From contig MU058065.1 in assembly GCA_013265495.1 (NCBI GenBank), positions 1,387,527-1,451,526 on the forward strand: DNA of 64,000 nucleotides, in the 5' to 3' direction. The notes under the pieces are model-generated. The model had not been told where the DNA came from. It made no database searches and saw nothing but the letters and a program-made list of their open reading frames with translations. Positions 12,160-25,559 of this stretch are shown piece after piece. The position numbers were made by a program, and so were the translations under genes. This DNA is from Vicugna vicugna (lineage: Eukaryota). Within the stretch, counting starts at the first letter, position 1; each line of letters opens with the position of its first letter.

Positions 12160-13280
12160 TCTGCTTCCCACCAAGATGAAGTAACGGGGAGCCAATTTAT
12201 CTTTCTGCCTTAAATAAATAGAAAGCCGGACAAAATAACTCTATTCTTCAACCAACTTTCAGATGAGTAGTTTTGGAGCAACAGGCAGCTCCTGTTGGTG
12301 ACGCCTGGGGAGGGGAAGCAAACGTGGGGAGCCCTCTGAATTCCTCAGATGACTGCCTGGAGTGTTTGTACACTGAAGGATAAGAAAGGGAAACCAAAAT
12401 AGAGCCTCATAGCCTCTCTGATTGGAGCAAACAAACCAACTTGAGAATTGGGTGAGACCAGAGCAGTCAGAATTTATGGGGCAGATGCCCAGAATGGAAA
12501 GAGGAGAGAGGGAGCTGCACAGAGACAGAGCTCTGGAAACCTGCGGAAGGTTTTCTTTCGTTCTCACACAATATTGATCAGCGTGCCCATGTGAGAAAAC
12601 CATGACACGCCAAGGTCAGAACCACCTGGTGGACAAAAGCTGACAGAATGCATCACCAGCAGACCTGCCCCGCAAGACAAGATAAAGGGAGTATTTTAGG
12701 CAGAAGGAAAGAGATTCCAGTGCTCAGATCTTGGGAGTTTATTTGTTTGGTTTTGGGGGGTAGTTAATTAGGCTTAATTAAAAACCCAATTAATTAATTA
12801 GGTTTATTATTATTACTTTTTTTAGATGGAGGTACTGGGGATTGAACCCAGGACCTCATGTATGCTAGGCATACAATTTACCACTGAGCTATATACTCCC
12901 CATTCCCCAGATCTTGGCTTTGAAATGCCATTCTCCAACAGAAGGAACAGAGGCTTCTCAGAGAAATGATTGATCCTAGAATTAGGACACAGAAAGCTCT
13001 TATAGCTCTTAAACATCTTGTAGCACCAGAAAGGGAAGAAGTGCTCAAAAAACAAGAGGACAGAGGCATTTCATAGGGACACAAGAGCCACTCTGAAAAA
13101 AAACTCAGATTGGAATTAAAAATTGGAATAATCTGCACAATGAAATAATGTTGTAATGGCTTATAAGCTGAAGTACAAAATAAATACGACTGAGTCCATA
13201 TTGATATAAATAAATGAGTGAATCAATAGAGAATCAGGGAGAGGCAAAGCTTCCTTATAGGAGAATTGCAAATAACATAA
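12160..13280 (+). mobile_element. Internally deleted old LINE-1 (L1MC/MD-like): 5'UTR, ORF1 C-terminus, 3'UTR; interrupted by a SINE
   Basis: 5' ttctgcttcccaccaagatg; 12632-12710 encodes KLTECITSRPAPQDKIKGVF*AEG (L1 ORF1 end KLREFITSRPALQEMLKGVLQAEG); 3'UTR cagatcttggctttgaaatgccattctcc...catcttgtagcaccagaaag. Confidence 0.75.
12735..12907 (-). mobile_element. tRNA-Ala-derived SINE (camelid Vic-1-like)
   Basis: Minus strand ggggagtatatagctcagtggt...gaggtcctgggttcaatccccagtacctcca (A and B boxes) plus AT-rich tail; exact TSD cagatcttgg at 12725-12734 and 12908-12917. Confidence 0.93.
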
Positions 13281-13984
13281 AATTTTATAGAATGTAAGGG
13301 TTGTCCTCAGGGCTTACGCATATTAGGTGAGAAACTCTGAGCCATTCAGTTCCTCATAATGGAGTCGATTCTGCTCCGTGCCCATGGGAGGCTGAGTGAG
13401 GGATGGATTTTCCAGGCTCCTTAGTTACCTAAGCTTCATAAAGCCGGGAGGAAAAGAAAGATTGTCATTTCAGTCCCTAGGCAGCACCACTGGGGAGAGT
13501 GACAGTTCACCTGAGCCAGCCTGCCTCGGGGTCTAAAATAAAAGAGCAGAGAGAAGGGCAGCTTTATATAGCATTCTACGATATTCTACCAGCTTAGTTT
13601 CCTCAGTTAAACTTGAGTGTTTAGAGGTGGCTCTTCTTTGCCATTACAGCTTCCTAGAGACAGCTCAGCCAAGCGCCATCATGACTGTCCTGCAAGGGTG
13701 GCTGTGGGAGTATCACCAAGCTAGCAGCCCATGGTTATGCAAGATCTCTCCTGTGGAAAACAAACAGAAGCTCTTGGGAGCTACTGCCCTTAAAAACTAT
13801 TGCAAAAGAGGGTCTTCACAGACCTGAGCAGCTAACACTGGACATGGAAGCAATTGTTGGGCATCACTACCATCCTTAGTGGCTGCCAGCAATGAGCAAC
13901 TGCCAAGGTGCACTGGGCACCCCTGGAAGCCCTCCCAAAGCCTAGAGTGTGACCGAGTGCATCACCTGCTCTGATTCCTCATAG

Positions 13985-14440
13985 CACCTCAAAGGCACCT
14001 CAGGTTCATCATGTGTAAATTAAAGTCACAGCCTACCTCCAAAGCACTGTGACCCACAATGACTGTCTTCTAGTATTTCCTACCTTAATGAATAACAGTC
14101 TAAACCAATAACTATCATAATTTGATTGTTTACATCTCCCAAACTCAGCCCACCACCATGTCCAGTGAGTCTTATGTCCTAGATAAGCCTTATCTCTGCA
14201 TCTTCTCTACATCTTCATTACTCTACTCAAATAAATGGCCATCGACTTCTTTCCTGGACTAAAGCTGTATTTTCTCCAAACTGGTTTTCATGCCATCCCA
14301 AACTCTACACTACAGCCAAAAACTTAAAAAATGCAAATGATATCACACATTTTTTAAAACCTGCCAATGTCTTCTCATGGCTCTTGGAATAAAAACAAAA
14401 ATGTTTAAAATCTCACAGAAGACCTTTCCTATTCCAGACT
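13985..14440 (+). mobile_element. L2 LINE fragment
   Basis: aggcacctcaggttcatcatgt...ctctacactacagcca...aaatgcaaatgatatcac...cttctcatggctcttggaataaaa. Confidence 0.7.
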
Positions 14441-15031
14441 TTCTTACGATTCCAGATGGGCTGGTAAAAACTCAACATCACTGTGATCCTCTTCCAAGAA
14501 CTTGCCTGGGATGAAGAAGAGAATCCAGGAACTACATTTCCCATAGTCCTGGTCCAGGTTTAGAGTTTGCGGATGACAGGCACTGATGCAAGACCCTGAA
14601 GGCAGAAGAGAGGAAAATCTATTGCTCTCCTGAGATTGTGGCAACAGAAAGCATGGGCATTGAGTGAGTCACAGCAGCTCCTAGCAAGCTCTCGAAAAGC
14701 ACGTGCTTTGCTGAAATTCTTGAAAGCTGTTCTGTTTTTCTCCCTGCCCTTCAGTAGGATCTTCCCTGCCCTTCCATCGCAGCTTTTCTGACCTTCAGGG
14801 ACAACTTCTATGATCCTTGCCCCTTCACCCCTCTCAATGGTTCATACAGCTCTATTTCAGACCCAGAAAATATGCAGTGATGTCTGTGTCCCCGACCAAA
14901 TCCTGACTGACACGACTTGTTATCCTGGAATTGGTGACGGGGGACAAACTTTAAAGATGAGACTCTAAAATTAGCTTGCAGGTCTGATTAGATCTAAGGC
15001 AGTAATGACTTCATTGCCAATGGAAGGTAGG

Positions 15032-15500
15032 TGTCTTTGTTTGATTTCCCGCAGAATCAGACCCTGAGATAAAAACGTAAACACAAGTGGTTAATCTGAG
15101 AACTGATCCTAGCCAGCCCCGCTGTTAAGAAAATGGGAAAATGAGGGAGCAAGGCAAAGGAAGACTATAAAATTGTTTATGAAGACTTCACTGTTGTGAG
15201 CAGCTGGAGCGCAGCTGTGCTGGACAATACTAGAGACAAGGTACGCGACGCTCAGAGTAAGCCCAACTGAGGGAGGACGCTGGAGTTTCTATTTACCAAC
15301 TGCCCATTCATTTTGGGTTGAAGGCTGCTTCCAGGAACGTTGATCCTCCAGCCTCCTTGGCTTGCCCTGAGTGCAAATTCAGTGTGCTTCTGCATCAGGA
15401 AGAAAAACAGAGAAGACGTCAGGCAGAGACCCCAGGGATTCACAGCACACAGCCTACAGCATGTAGAAGAGAATGCAGAGGAAACACGGGTGGGGCAGAG
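15032..15500 (-). mobile_element. LTR16C-like solo LTR
   Basis: tgtctttgtttgatttcccgcagaatcagaccctgagataa...gctggagtttctatttaccaactgccc...ggttgaaggctgc; similar to the element at 49311. Confidence 0.7.
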
Positions 15501-16239
15501 AGCTCCAGGGAGACAGAGCAGTCCCTCACATAAAGACAAAGAGCTGTTCATGTTATAACCTTCAGGTACGTGGAGTCGAATGTCGGCACGTGGTAGGGAT
15601 TTGGAAAACAAAGGAGTTGTGGCAATAGATGTGAATTCGTATGAGTGCACTGGAGACCCTGGAGAAAGAAACTGACAAGCTCAAGATTTTCCGTTCTCTG
15701 TTCAAGTCACAGAGTAAAGTACGACAGAGATGATCCAGCTTCCTTGAAATGATGCCTTATAACTTGAATTTACAAAATGAGATTTCTAAAAACTCAAGTC
15801 TCATCCTGTAAGTGGCTGAATTGCAATGCAGATTGAATTACAGACTTGATAGGGCTCTTAACGTTAAAGTTAAGTCATTGATGGAAGAAGAATGGGCCAT
15901 TCATAACAGGAATGGGCATATTTCAATGAATCTAATAACCTTGACCTACCCCCAGCTTTTTCTGAGAGTTTTCCTTAGCAACAAAAGGAGCCTCTCCTTC
16001 CCTCCTCTAAGGGAAATTATTGGCCTCTCCTTGCCTGAAGGCCATAAAATTGCTGTGTCAGAGTGATCACTTTGGAGGGTTACACTGAATCCTTACCACC
16101 TCATTGTTTCCAGACTCATAAATATTCTTTGTGTGAATAGAGGTATATATATACACAAAATATAAAAATATATTTTTAAATATACATTTTTAAAATGTAG
16201 ACATAAAATAAATTTTATTTTAAAATGTATTTTAAATAT

Positions 16240-16741
16240 AGAAATAGAGATAACATCGTATTTATCATTTTAACCATTTTTAAGCGTACAGTTCTGCAGC
16301 ATTAACTGCAAAATTCATATGGTTGTGCAACCATCACTACCTTCCATCTCCAGAGCTTTTTCCTCTTCCCCAAATGAAACTCTGTCCCCAGTAAATGCTA
16401 GCTCCTTCCCCTCTCTCCCTGCCAGCCTTGGGCAACCACCATGCTATTCCCTATAAATTTGGCTACTTCTAGGTACCTCACAAAAGTGGAATCACAACTG
16501 GCTTGTTTCACTTCACATAATGGCCTCAAGGTTCATCCACGTTGTAGTATATGTTAGAATCTCCTACCTTTTTAAAGCTAAATAATCCTCCACTGTCCAT
16601 GCGTATGGCATTGTGTTTATCCATCCAACCATCGATGGACATTTAGATTGTTTCCATCTTCCAACTATTGTAAATAACGCTGCTATGAACACTGTTGTAC
16701 AGATAACCAGCCAAGCCTCTGCTTTCAGTTTTTTGAATACC
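16240..16741 (-). mobile_element. LINE-1 3' end (L1MB-like)
   Basis: ORF 16564-16761(-) [30 protein letters not shown] is the L1 ORF2p C-terminus; followed by a typical 3'UTR. Confidence 0.92.
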
Positions 16742-16984
16742 AGTGAGCTTATCAGAACCATGTGTGATGGTGCTTCAAGCTTCAGTCTTTGATAGAAGCT
16801 TCCCTAATATTTGGTGTCACATCTTTAACAGCCCTTCCCCAGCTCTTCCATGTTACATATGCCCTTGTGTATCTTGAATACATAAAGTGGGTTCTGTTTT
16901 CCTGACTGTTACATTTAACATTTATGGTTTGTGCTCCCTCCCACTCAATCTCTGTGAGTCAAAGATATTAGCCTTCTCTATGCC

Positions 16985-17340
16985 TGTTTTGCTAACCATG
17001 CTCCTGCCTACCCCAGGGCCTTAGAACCTGCTCTTCTGGGTGCTTGGGTTACTTTTGACATACCTCCTCTTCTCCCCCCAGTTAATACCTCATCTTTCAA
17101 ATCTCAGCTCAGTGTCACATCCTCAGGGGAGCATTTCCCTTCTCAGATATCTTTGAGTATTATGTCCTCTTCCCTTGGAATGCTTAACTTAGTTTCTGAG
17201 TTTACATTTCTCTGTATTTTTATTTAATGAATATTTCTATCATAGTCCAGACGCTAAGTTCCAAGTGATCAGAGATCCTCTGCTCACTTTGTATTCCCAG
17301 CACCAAATTGCTACACTGAGTAGCAGTTACTCGCTATGAT
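16985..17340 (+). mobile_element. L2 3' fragment
   Basis: ctcctgcctaccccagggccttagaacctgct...catctttcaaatctcagctcagtgtcacatcctcagggg...tgtattcccagcacc. Confidence 0.7.
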
Positions 17341-20300
17341 TTAAGTCATTCTGGATGCCTATTAAAGGACAGTGAACTCCAATAGATGCTAGTGTTCTCT
17401 GGAGGGGGCCTTGAGGGATACAGTGGAGCTAAAACCAGACGGTTCATGTTGCTGTTTGAGTCAACAGCTGAGAGCAGATATCAGAGCTGAGGACACACTC
17501 GTGTTGCCAGTAGAAAAGGGAGGTGATTCTGGTTAGGGAGGCGCTATTGTATCTTTGTTCAACATGATGGACTTTGGGGGCTGGCATTTTTGACCTCCTT
17601 GAGGAAGGAGAGCACCGACTTCTCACTATAAAAGTAGGGGACTTCAGAGAGACATCAACTCTGCAACACTCAAGGCAATTCAAGCCAGAACCCAACCTTC
17701 GTAACAGAGACTACAGTGGTTGAGAGGAAGGGTTCAGGGAGTCTGCTCTTTTTCATGTATTAGATGCCTCCAGATCTCCAATTGCAGTCTTCAGAGATTC
17801 AGAAAGAAAACAGCAGTGCCCAGGAATGGAATAAAAAGAAAAACACAAGTATGTCAATAGGAGACAAGTAGTTTATTTACTTTAAGTTTTCAAAGTTCTG
17901 CTTTCCTTCTGAAACCTGCACATAATTTTCAGAGATTATTCTCCAAATCCGGCAATTTCTAGTTTGATATTCTACCCAATTTAAGCAAGGATAAAGAAAA
18001 TATAACAGTACACTCCTCCGTTACTCATGTAGGTCATTATGTATACGTTGCATTGTACATATGGCCAACCAGCCCCAAACTTGTGCTTCTACTAAGTCTA
18101 AACACTGGAAATTATGTTCTCTCCAAAACTGAGAAGTGATTCATTGGATTACAATTATAACTTTATGAGTCTAGTTGTGAAGAGCAAGCCCTGTTTGTTG
18201 ATCCTAAACGACTCTCCAAAGAACTTAATTAGAACGCCTCAGCCACTAGTTTTTCTCTTCTGATTCACTGAAATTTCTGAAGTGACTAATGCTTTGATGA
18301 GAATGAAGGGTACCCTAGATAATGAATTCAGTCACCGTCTCACAAAGTTCTCTTCAAGGAAAACAAGCTCTAGCAATACAGTAAGTGCATGATAATTGAG
18401 CTCCACCGCCTGGCGGTTCAGAGCTGCTCCCAGGCTTGGTTTTCATTCTTGTTTTAGTTACTCAAAGTCAACGTGTTCTAGGTTATGAGTGGAAATAGGA
18501 AGAGATGGAGAGAGAGTGGGACTGAGGGTACAGCTTGCGGGGAAGGCACGTGAGTTGATGCAGGTTCCAGGTAGTAGAAAGGTTAAGAAGCTGAACCAAT
18601 CAGAGGAAGGCAGAGGCCGTAGGTATTGGGAAGCAGGAAGGCCAGAGGCATCCAGGTAACCCGAGCAAACTGCAGACGGTCTAGAAGTGAAGCAACACGA
18701 GAAGGCAAGGGCAGGGGGCTGGAAGGTCAAGGAACTACAAGCAACCAGCCAGCCAAATACTTGATAGGCTGTGCAGACAAGGCAAGAAAAAGTAAAGATT
18801 CTGTACAGCAGCGGCAGCCAGGAAGGGATTTGGAACCAGTGGCAGCTGTTTACCTCTGACCCTAGAGAAAGTCGCTCCTGAGTGGACCCAGACTGCAGGC
18901 TGGAAGGGATGATAACAGAGAACAGCTGGCGACAGCACAAATGTGCATGTGGGGGGGAGACACAACTCCCTGGCAAGGGAACACTTCCCTGAAAAATAGA
19001 GCTTGCCTGTGATGTAATCCTCAAGGTCCATATTAATGGTCCAGGCTACACAAAACCACGTTACAATGAGTACCTTGGTGCCCACACCCAGGAACTCCAA
19101 ACCTCCTGGGAGGAAATTCAAGATCGGCCCCCATGCTTGACTCTAGCCTTGTGGATTTCATGTTTATGGTATAGTTCCTCCCTATAAATATGAAATTCTC
19201 AATGGAACCATATGCAGTCATACTGCAGTTGTGTACATGACATGAAAGCTGAGCTTCTCTGACACCATAAACATAAGGAAAATGAAAATTCCATCTGCCA
19301 CCTGGGTGTGTGGGCTCTAGAATGGAAAGCAAGTGTGTATTTGGGACTACACAGTGACTGTGTGAATGAGAGACTCCTTTTCATTTTAGTACATTGTTGT
19401 CATGTGGATGTAACCTTAAACAAGGTACAGAAATTTGATTTTCAAAAGAGACTATTGTTAAGAACTTTCTGAATATTTAATCTACTCTTTGGGGTGGATA
19501 AATGCTTAAAAAAATGGGATGGTTTATATGCTTTCACATGGTCTCTCGGTTTCTTCCAATCATCATCTCCCCATAAAATAGTGTTGGTCATGACACATGA
19601 ATGCACTGTGCCAAAAGCATGTCTGACTCTCTTACAGATTCTATGCCATCACTTTCCCATCCCCAGGCCAGCTCATACAGGTTCAGGGGGAAGGACAGGG
19701 GAAGGGCAGGAAGGCTGAACAACTGCAGGTATGAGTAAAAATTAAATCACATTAAGGTGTCAAGTTGAGATTCCTCAGTCCTAGTCACAACATCTTTTAT
19801 GCTAATTCAAGTTTGATTTATTGAAATTCTCCCCACCAGTATACCCTTCATGTTGCAAATTCAGCATAGGTAATTGTCACTACACCAGAAGCAAAAACGC
19901 TCTCTAAAAACTCATTAAACTGATTACATTTGAATAATCAAACGATTTTTATAAGCACAATTCAAACTATGACTTTAGCCCAGTTTCGTTGCCGCTGTCA
20001 AGACTACTGATGGAACCTCCAAACAGTCACTAGGAAGGCCTTGCAAAAAGTCTGGCCAGGGACACACCAACCAGAAAGGAATTTCCCAGCATTGCCCCTA
20101 AATACCAACTCTGTACTCAATACTGAACTTAATTCATGAAGACTTTCATATGACAGCTGTCAACTCTTCACAAAAATGCTATTATGGCTGGCGGTTTTAT
20201 CCAAGGTCTAAACAAATGAGCCACTTGACTATTATGGAGATTTATCTGTGGCAGATAATCTTACATAACATAAGTCAAGTACTTAAAATATATGGTTTAA

Positions 20301-22799
20301 GAGGGAAGACACCCAGGAAAAAAAAAAAGAAGTTTTTCCTTAAGATAATTCTATCTTTAGGTTGAGTATTCTCTTGGGTTCTGTGCAAGATCACCATCTT
20401 CTCAGATACAGGTCAAACTAGACATTACTGAAACAGCACCAGCAAGGAACTCAGTTGGTAGAAAGAAGGCTTTGCAGACTCCAGTAGACTCACTGCTATT
20501 TGGAAATCAGTAGAGCGCTGGTTGCCCGGTGCAGCTGTGGTTGCTATAGGGATGGACTCCTGTGAGTATCCCATCTGCTGCAAGAGGGGCAGCTTGGAAA
20601 CCCCTCACAGGTCTTAAGAAGAAATGAAGCAAACAAATGACTCATCTGGTCCTAGGAAGGCTGGTTTTGTCTAAGTAGCTATTTCAGCAGATTTCCAGCA
20701 TATGCACACCGTGAAATCTTTGGTCAAGCCAGAAAAATCTTAACATTTCAAAATTAGTTGCAATAATTATCCAAATTTCTGTCAATTACTTTGAAAACAT
20801 ACATGGTACCCAAGCACGATGTGTTGCAACCTTTTTGTGTTAAATTTAGCAAATGCACTTTGATTTACGTGTTTAATCCACATTTTCCAGAACAATTAAT
20901 AATAGCTTCTAAACAAAATGAAGGGCTCATTGAACAGGCTCATTTTGGAGAACACAGCAAAAAACAGACTCGTGTGATGAGTCCATATGGAATGTGGGGG
21001 TCTCACCCAGGCTGAAAAACATTAACTCAAAGTTGTCTGAAACTATATTTTTAGCATTGTCCCTCATTAATAAACAGAAAGATTGGTAGGAAACCAGGGC
21101 ATGTGCTAGTATTATTTTAAAATTCCTATACCCATCCAAACTTACAGGATTAAATAAAGTCCAGTGTAATGCATTTTGAAAAATTAGGAAAGTTTTTGTT
21201 TTTTTTAATTCTCGAAAGGAAATGAAATATCCTAAAGGGAAATTGGTTTGTTGGACACTGATGTTTCAGAGAATGAAAAATATTTGAAGGTATGAGAGAA
21301 AGTGGCCACCAGGGTGGATTTCTCTGACCTAATAAAATGAGGTTTTGCCTGTTTATTTGGGAGTGAAAATATAATGGCTCCTGAATAATGTAGTTTTTAT
21401 TTTATGTAAATTTAAAATTATATGATATGGCTAATGCATTGGAACCATGTTTAGATAAGCTGGGTCCTCAAAGAATTTCCTATGGAAAGGTAGATCTGAG
21501 TAAAATGTGATCTTTTAGAAGTTGTCCCCTGAACAGCCTAACCATTCACATATATCACTATAAAGATTAAATATTATTTGAGAGCTCTGTTCCTCAAAAT
21601 GGTACCTCCATAGGCCAACCTCAGCTGACTATCCCTGAACAAATGACCCTGCCTTCCTAGAGGGCAAAGAGCTTATCTTCAGAGACTCATAGGAGAGGCA
21701 GAAGGGATGGATCTGTGGTCCAATATTTTTGTTGAATCAAAGTTTAAAAAGCTAGAAGACAGTTAAGTTTCCATATGAAACTGATGACACATTCAGACAC
21801 TACGTTACTAATCCTGAACTGGGTGTCTCCAGCTGGCCTTGCCTCTTCTCCTTCTCCTGACGTTGTCCATCTGGGGTCCTGTCTCTGGCATTGCTTGAAT
21901 CCCTGTGTCTTCCTCAACTCTCCACCACCATCAAATTTTGACACCATCTTTCTCACTTTCTCACATTCTTTCTTCTCACTAACTTCAAAGATGTTAGTGA
22001 CCAAAATGAATTCATGTGGCATCTCTTCCACCTGAGGCCACTCAAATTTGTCTCATAAGCCTTGTTTTTTATATGCTGATAAGTAACAAATGATATATTT
22101 AAGGCATCGTGTAGAAGGGACTAAGAGATATTTTGGAGCAAGGCAAGGGAGCAAGGGAGGTTTTCAGTCCCTCTGATTTTTACCACATGCCAAGTGGTTT
22201 ACTCTACTTAAGTGCAGGACTGGATCTTTGCCTACCCTGCATGCAGTATATTGTAGAAATGTCAAAAATAATCATTTATATACTGAGATAATTTTGAAAT
22301 CATGAAAGGAATATCCTCCAAACAGCATTACATATATTCCATAAATGTAATATGTATTTTATTTTATTAATTCTCTGAAAATTCATGAGCCACTCATGAC
22401 TGAAGGGAGGTCAATCTGTTTAATGTGAAAGAAAATCAGAAAGTCAAGGCTTAGGATAACCAGGGATGAGTGAAAGATGGCCAAGTCATTGGTTTGACAG
22501 TTTTACAAATATGGAAGGGAAAGATTAAAGCATGACAACTTGGAAGCAAATAGTGAAGAAACCAATTTTATAGGATTTTATTTTAAATAATCAACTTTGG
22601 CCCTCTTTACAAAATCAAAACAACCACAAATCCCCTTAGTAGAGATTTGATACGCCAAAGTAGAGAGAAGCAAGATTCAGATGTCTCAAGATTCTAGAAT
22701 CAGGGTCAAAGCTAGGTGACCAGATGGATTTAAACTACCCCCTCCTCCTCCTCCCCCTTTCTCTTTTTTCTTCTCTTTCTCCTTTCCTTCCTTTCTCCC

Positions 22800-23370
22800 T
22801 CTTTCACTCAGGAAATACATCCCTGGTGCACACAGTTCAGACACTAGGATACAACAGTGACCACAACAGCCCAAGTTCCTTTTCTCCAAAGTTATATTCT
22901 TATTGGGGGAGATGGGCAATTAGCATCATGACTTGTGCTTCTGATAAAGGGCTGTGAAAATCATTGGCCCGAGGAAGAGAATGGAGCTCCCATAAATATC
23001 TTGGTCAGAGAAGACCTCTCCAATGAAGTGATATTTGAAGGAAGGAAAAAGAATGGAACCATAATGATATCCGTGCGAAGCACCCAGAATGCAGAGGGAA
23101 TGGTATGTTCAGAAACCCTGAGCAAGTATATCTGGCCCTTTGAGGACGAGCCAGAAGGTCATAGTGCCTACAGCGCTACAGACAGCAAGGGAATAGTGAG
23201 CAGGGATGGAGGAGTACAGGGCACTGAAGGCCAAGTTGGGAAAGCTTTCTAGGCCAGTGTAAGAAGTTTGCTATTGTTGGGTTTTTTTGTTTGCTTGTTT
23301 TTTAATGAGTGGAATAAGAGTTCTGAGGAGAGGAAAGTCATGTACTGGTTTACATTTTTAAGGAAACTTT
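22800..23370 (-). mobile_element. L2 3' fragment
   Basis: cagacactaggatacaacagtgacca...ggtcagagaagacctctccaatgaagtgatatttga...gaggagaggaaagtcatgtactggtttacattttt. Confidence 0.75.
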
Positions 23371-25559
23371 ACAAATTTAGCTGAGATTATTGAATCTCTA
23401 AATACCTTTATCTAATAGTGCATAGAAAAATATCAATTAAAAAATTACTTTATTGCAATAGATATGAAAGTGATAGTAATAAGTATCACAATTTGTATCA
23501 CTGGAAAGGTTTTAAGGAAATTATTTTTAAAAAATCAAGACCTAGACCTTAATTTGTTAATTAAGCCAAACTCATACCAGCTCAGGATTTTTGATGTTGC
23601 AAGGACCCGGCAAAAGGGGAGCTATGAATTACCTGGTCTAACACATCGAATTCATAGAGGAGTTAACAGAATCCTTGAGAAGTGGACTACTTCCTTGGTG
23701 ACACAAATAAAGGCAGAGCACAGACGAGTACTCACAGTTCCTCATTTCTACTTTGTTTCTCTTTCTAGAATGTTCTGGTATGCTTTGCATACCCTGCACA
23801 CAAAGGTTGGAAAGCATACCGTAGGCACAAATTAACTTGTAAGCCAAACTAAATAATGTTTTTGAAGAAGATCTGTCTAGCAGGACCTTAAGTTGCTCTA
23901 TTAGAACCCAGATACTGTGAGTTCATTTGGGTATGTGTGTGATTTAAACAGAATCAATCAATGGAAGCTTGGAAACTAGGGATTTGGCTTCTAAGCCCCT
24001 CCTGGCAACTTTAATCTATCAATTAGGAGCCAGTTCCATTATTTTAGAGATAACATTCAAGAATCTGTGTGTAGGATAACCAATAGGGAAATGCACGCAA
24101 AAGTTTACCAAGGACCGTGTCAACTATAAGCAAAAAAAAAAGAGAGAAAACAACAAAAATGCAGCATGATATTTGCTTTATTTTATTGACTGAAAAACAA
24201 TGATAGCAATTCTTGGAAAAGCATTATTTTATTTATTTGCATTTAGAAGAAAAAATTGACTATATTGACAGGTGATATTTAAAAACCCATTTAAGAGATC
24301 AATATTTATAGCTATTTCTTTAAAATCAGATGATAACAAATCACCAACTAAATCATAAAGAATAAGCCCAGGTTTGTAAAATTTTTTTTTGATAAGACAA
24401 AATGTATATTATGGATAAAATATTAATTGTGACAATAAGCTTTTATGTTCTACACTAAATGCGTGCTTAGCATCTGAGCACAGGACAGCATAAAAAGCAT
24501 TGAATTATGGCTATCAGTCAAAGCTTCAGTATTACATTCAAGATTTTATTTGTACTTATAATTAGACATGACAATGAATTCACTGCCTTCAAGAGATTGA
24601 AGTTGGTCTTTCAAATATTTAATGATGGTTAATTTTTTCATAACACAGATTTTTTAAATGGTCATCAAAATTTGCAAAATTTATTAAACTTACAATGAGG
24701 CCGGGAGTATATATACTCTTTCTACCTGATAATCTACTTCTTTTAATAATTGTGAAAATGAAAATAGAATTACACAGTATTATATATTTACCAGTTATGT
24801 ATGCTCTAATGCACTGAGTAGGTATTATGTATGTACTAATTACATAATATTTAGTATTTTTCTAAGGTTGAGGGGAAAATCCATTGTTTTTGGACCAAGA
24901 ACTTAACTACAATCCTGTGTTTTGGGGATAAAGTGCTCGAGCATTTTGGATTTTTTAGTAAATGTTAGTGTAACTCTAAAATTACATGGCATGAGCATTT
25001 AATAACTTCCAGATCCTTAGTCTTTTATGATTTTAATGTGTATAGCCTACTTATGTGAATAAAGAAAGGAAGTGATTCACAGAGATCATTAGAAAAGAGA
25101 ATGTAATATCTTTTCTGTATCGTCAAGGTTTCAATCTCATGTTATGGCCTCAATTGACTGTATTTATACTACTATTATTACTATTATTACACTACTCTTA
25201 TTATATTAAATAAATGTTTATGACTCATTACAGGTCTTAAAGCACTTCTCTCACTTGATCTTTAAAACAAGTTTTGAAGTCAATATTGTTATCTCCGTTT
25301 TGCCACAGAGTTACTGAAGTTGGGTGAGTGGTATTTTGAAGATTCAGAGCAATGTTCATAAAACTGTTCTTCTGTGGTTGTTTAATGGGAGTTTGGTGAT
25401 GGCTGTAGCAGATGTGGAAATGCAGAAGTATACTCCACAATATCTATATTTAAATAATTTATAATATAATTGGGGAGGATGCACAAAAAATTCCATTTGA
25501 CAGATAAAAATTATACTCAATTAATTCATCCATTTAAAATCTTGGTAAAAAGCACTAAC

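Larger units (their letters stand above)
14480..16913 (+). mobile_element. Decayed ERVL provirus: LTR33-like ends (~14480-14913, ~16760-16913) and gag remnant (~15570-16120), with nested insertions
   Basis: actacatttccca motif; both ends close with ...gtg(a/g)t.tctgt.tc...ctgactg..ac; ORF 15812-16066 VAELQCRLNYRLDRALNVKVKSLMEEEW resembles ERVL gag VAELQRKLNSQP..V..VKVRALIGKEW. Confidence 0.65.

Noticed and set aside
13290..13980. Possible ancient Gypsy-like LTR
   Set aside because: Only a vague resemblance; no termini or TSD that I could support
14696..14709. 14-bp palindrome aaagcacgtgcttt
   Set aside because: A 7-bp-arm palindrome is expected a few times by chance in 64 kb (about 1 per 4^7 positions), and it sits in an old LTR
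18458..19024. 188-aa minus-strand ORF
   Set aside because: Non-ATG start, Ser/Leu/Cys-rich composition typical of random non-coding frames, no recognisable domain
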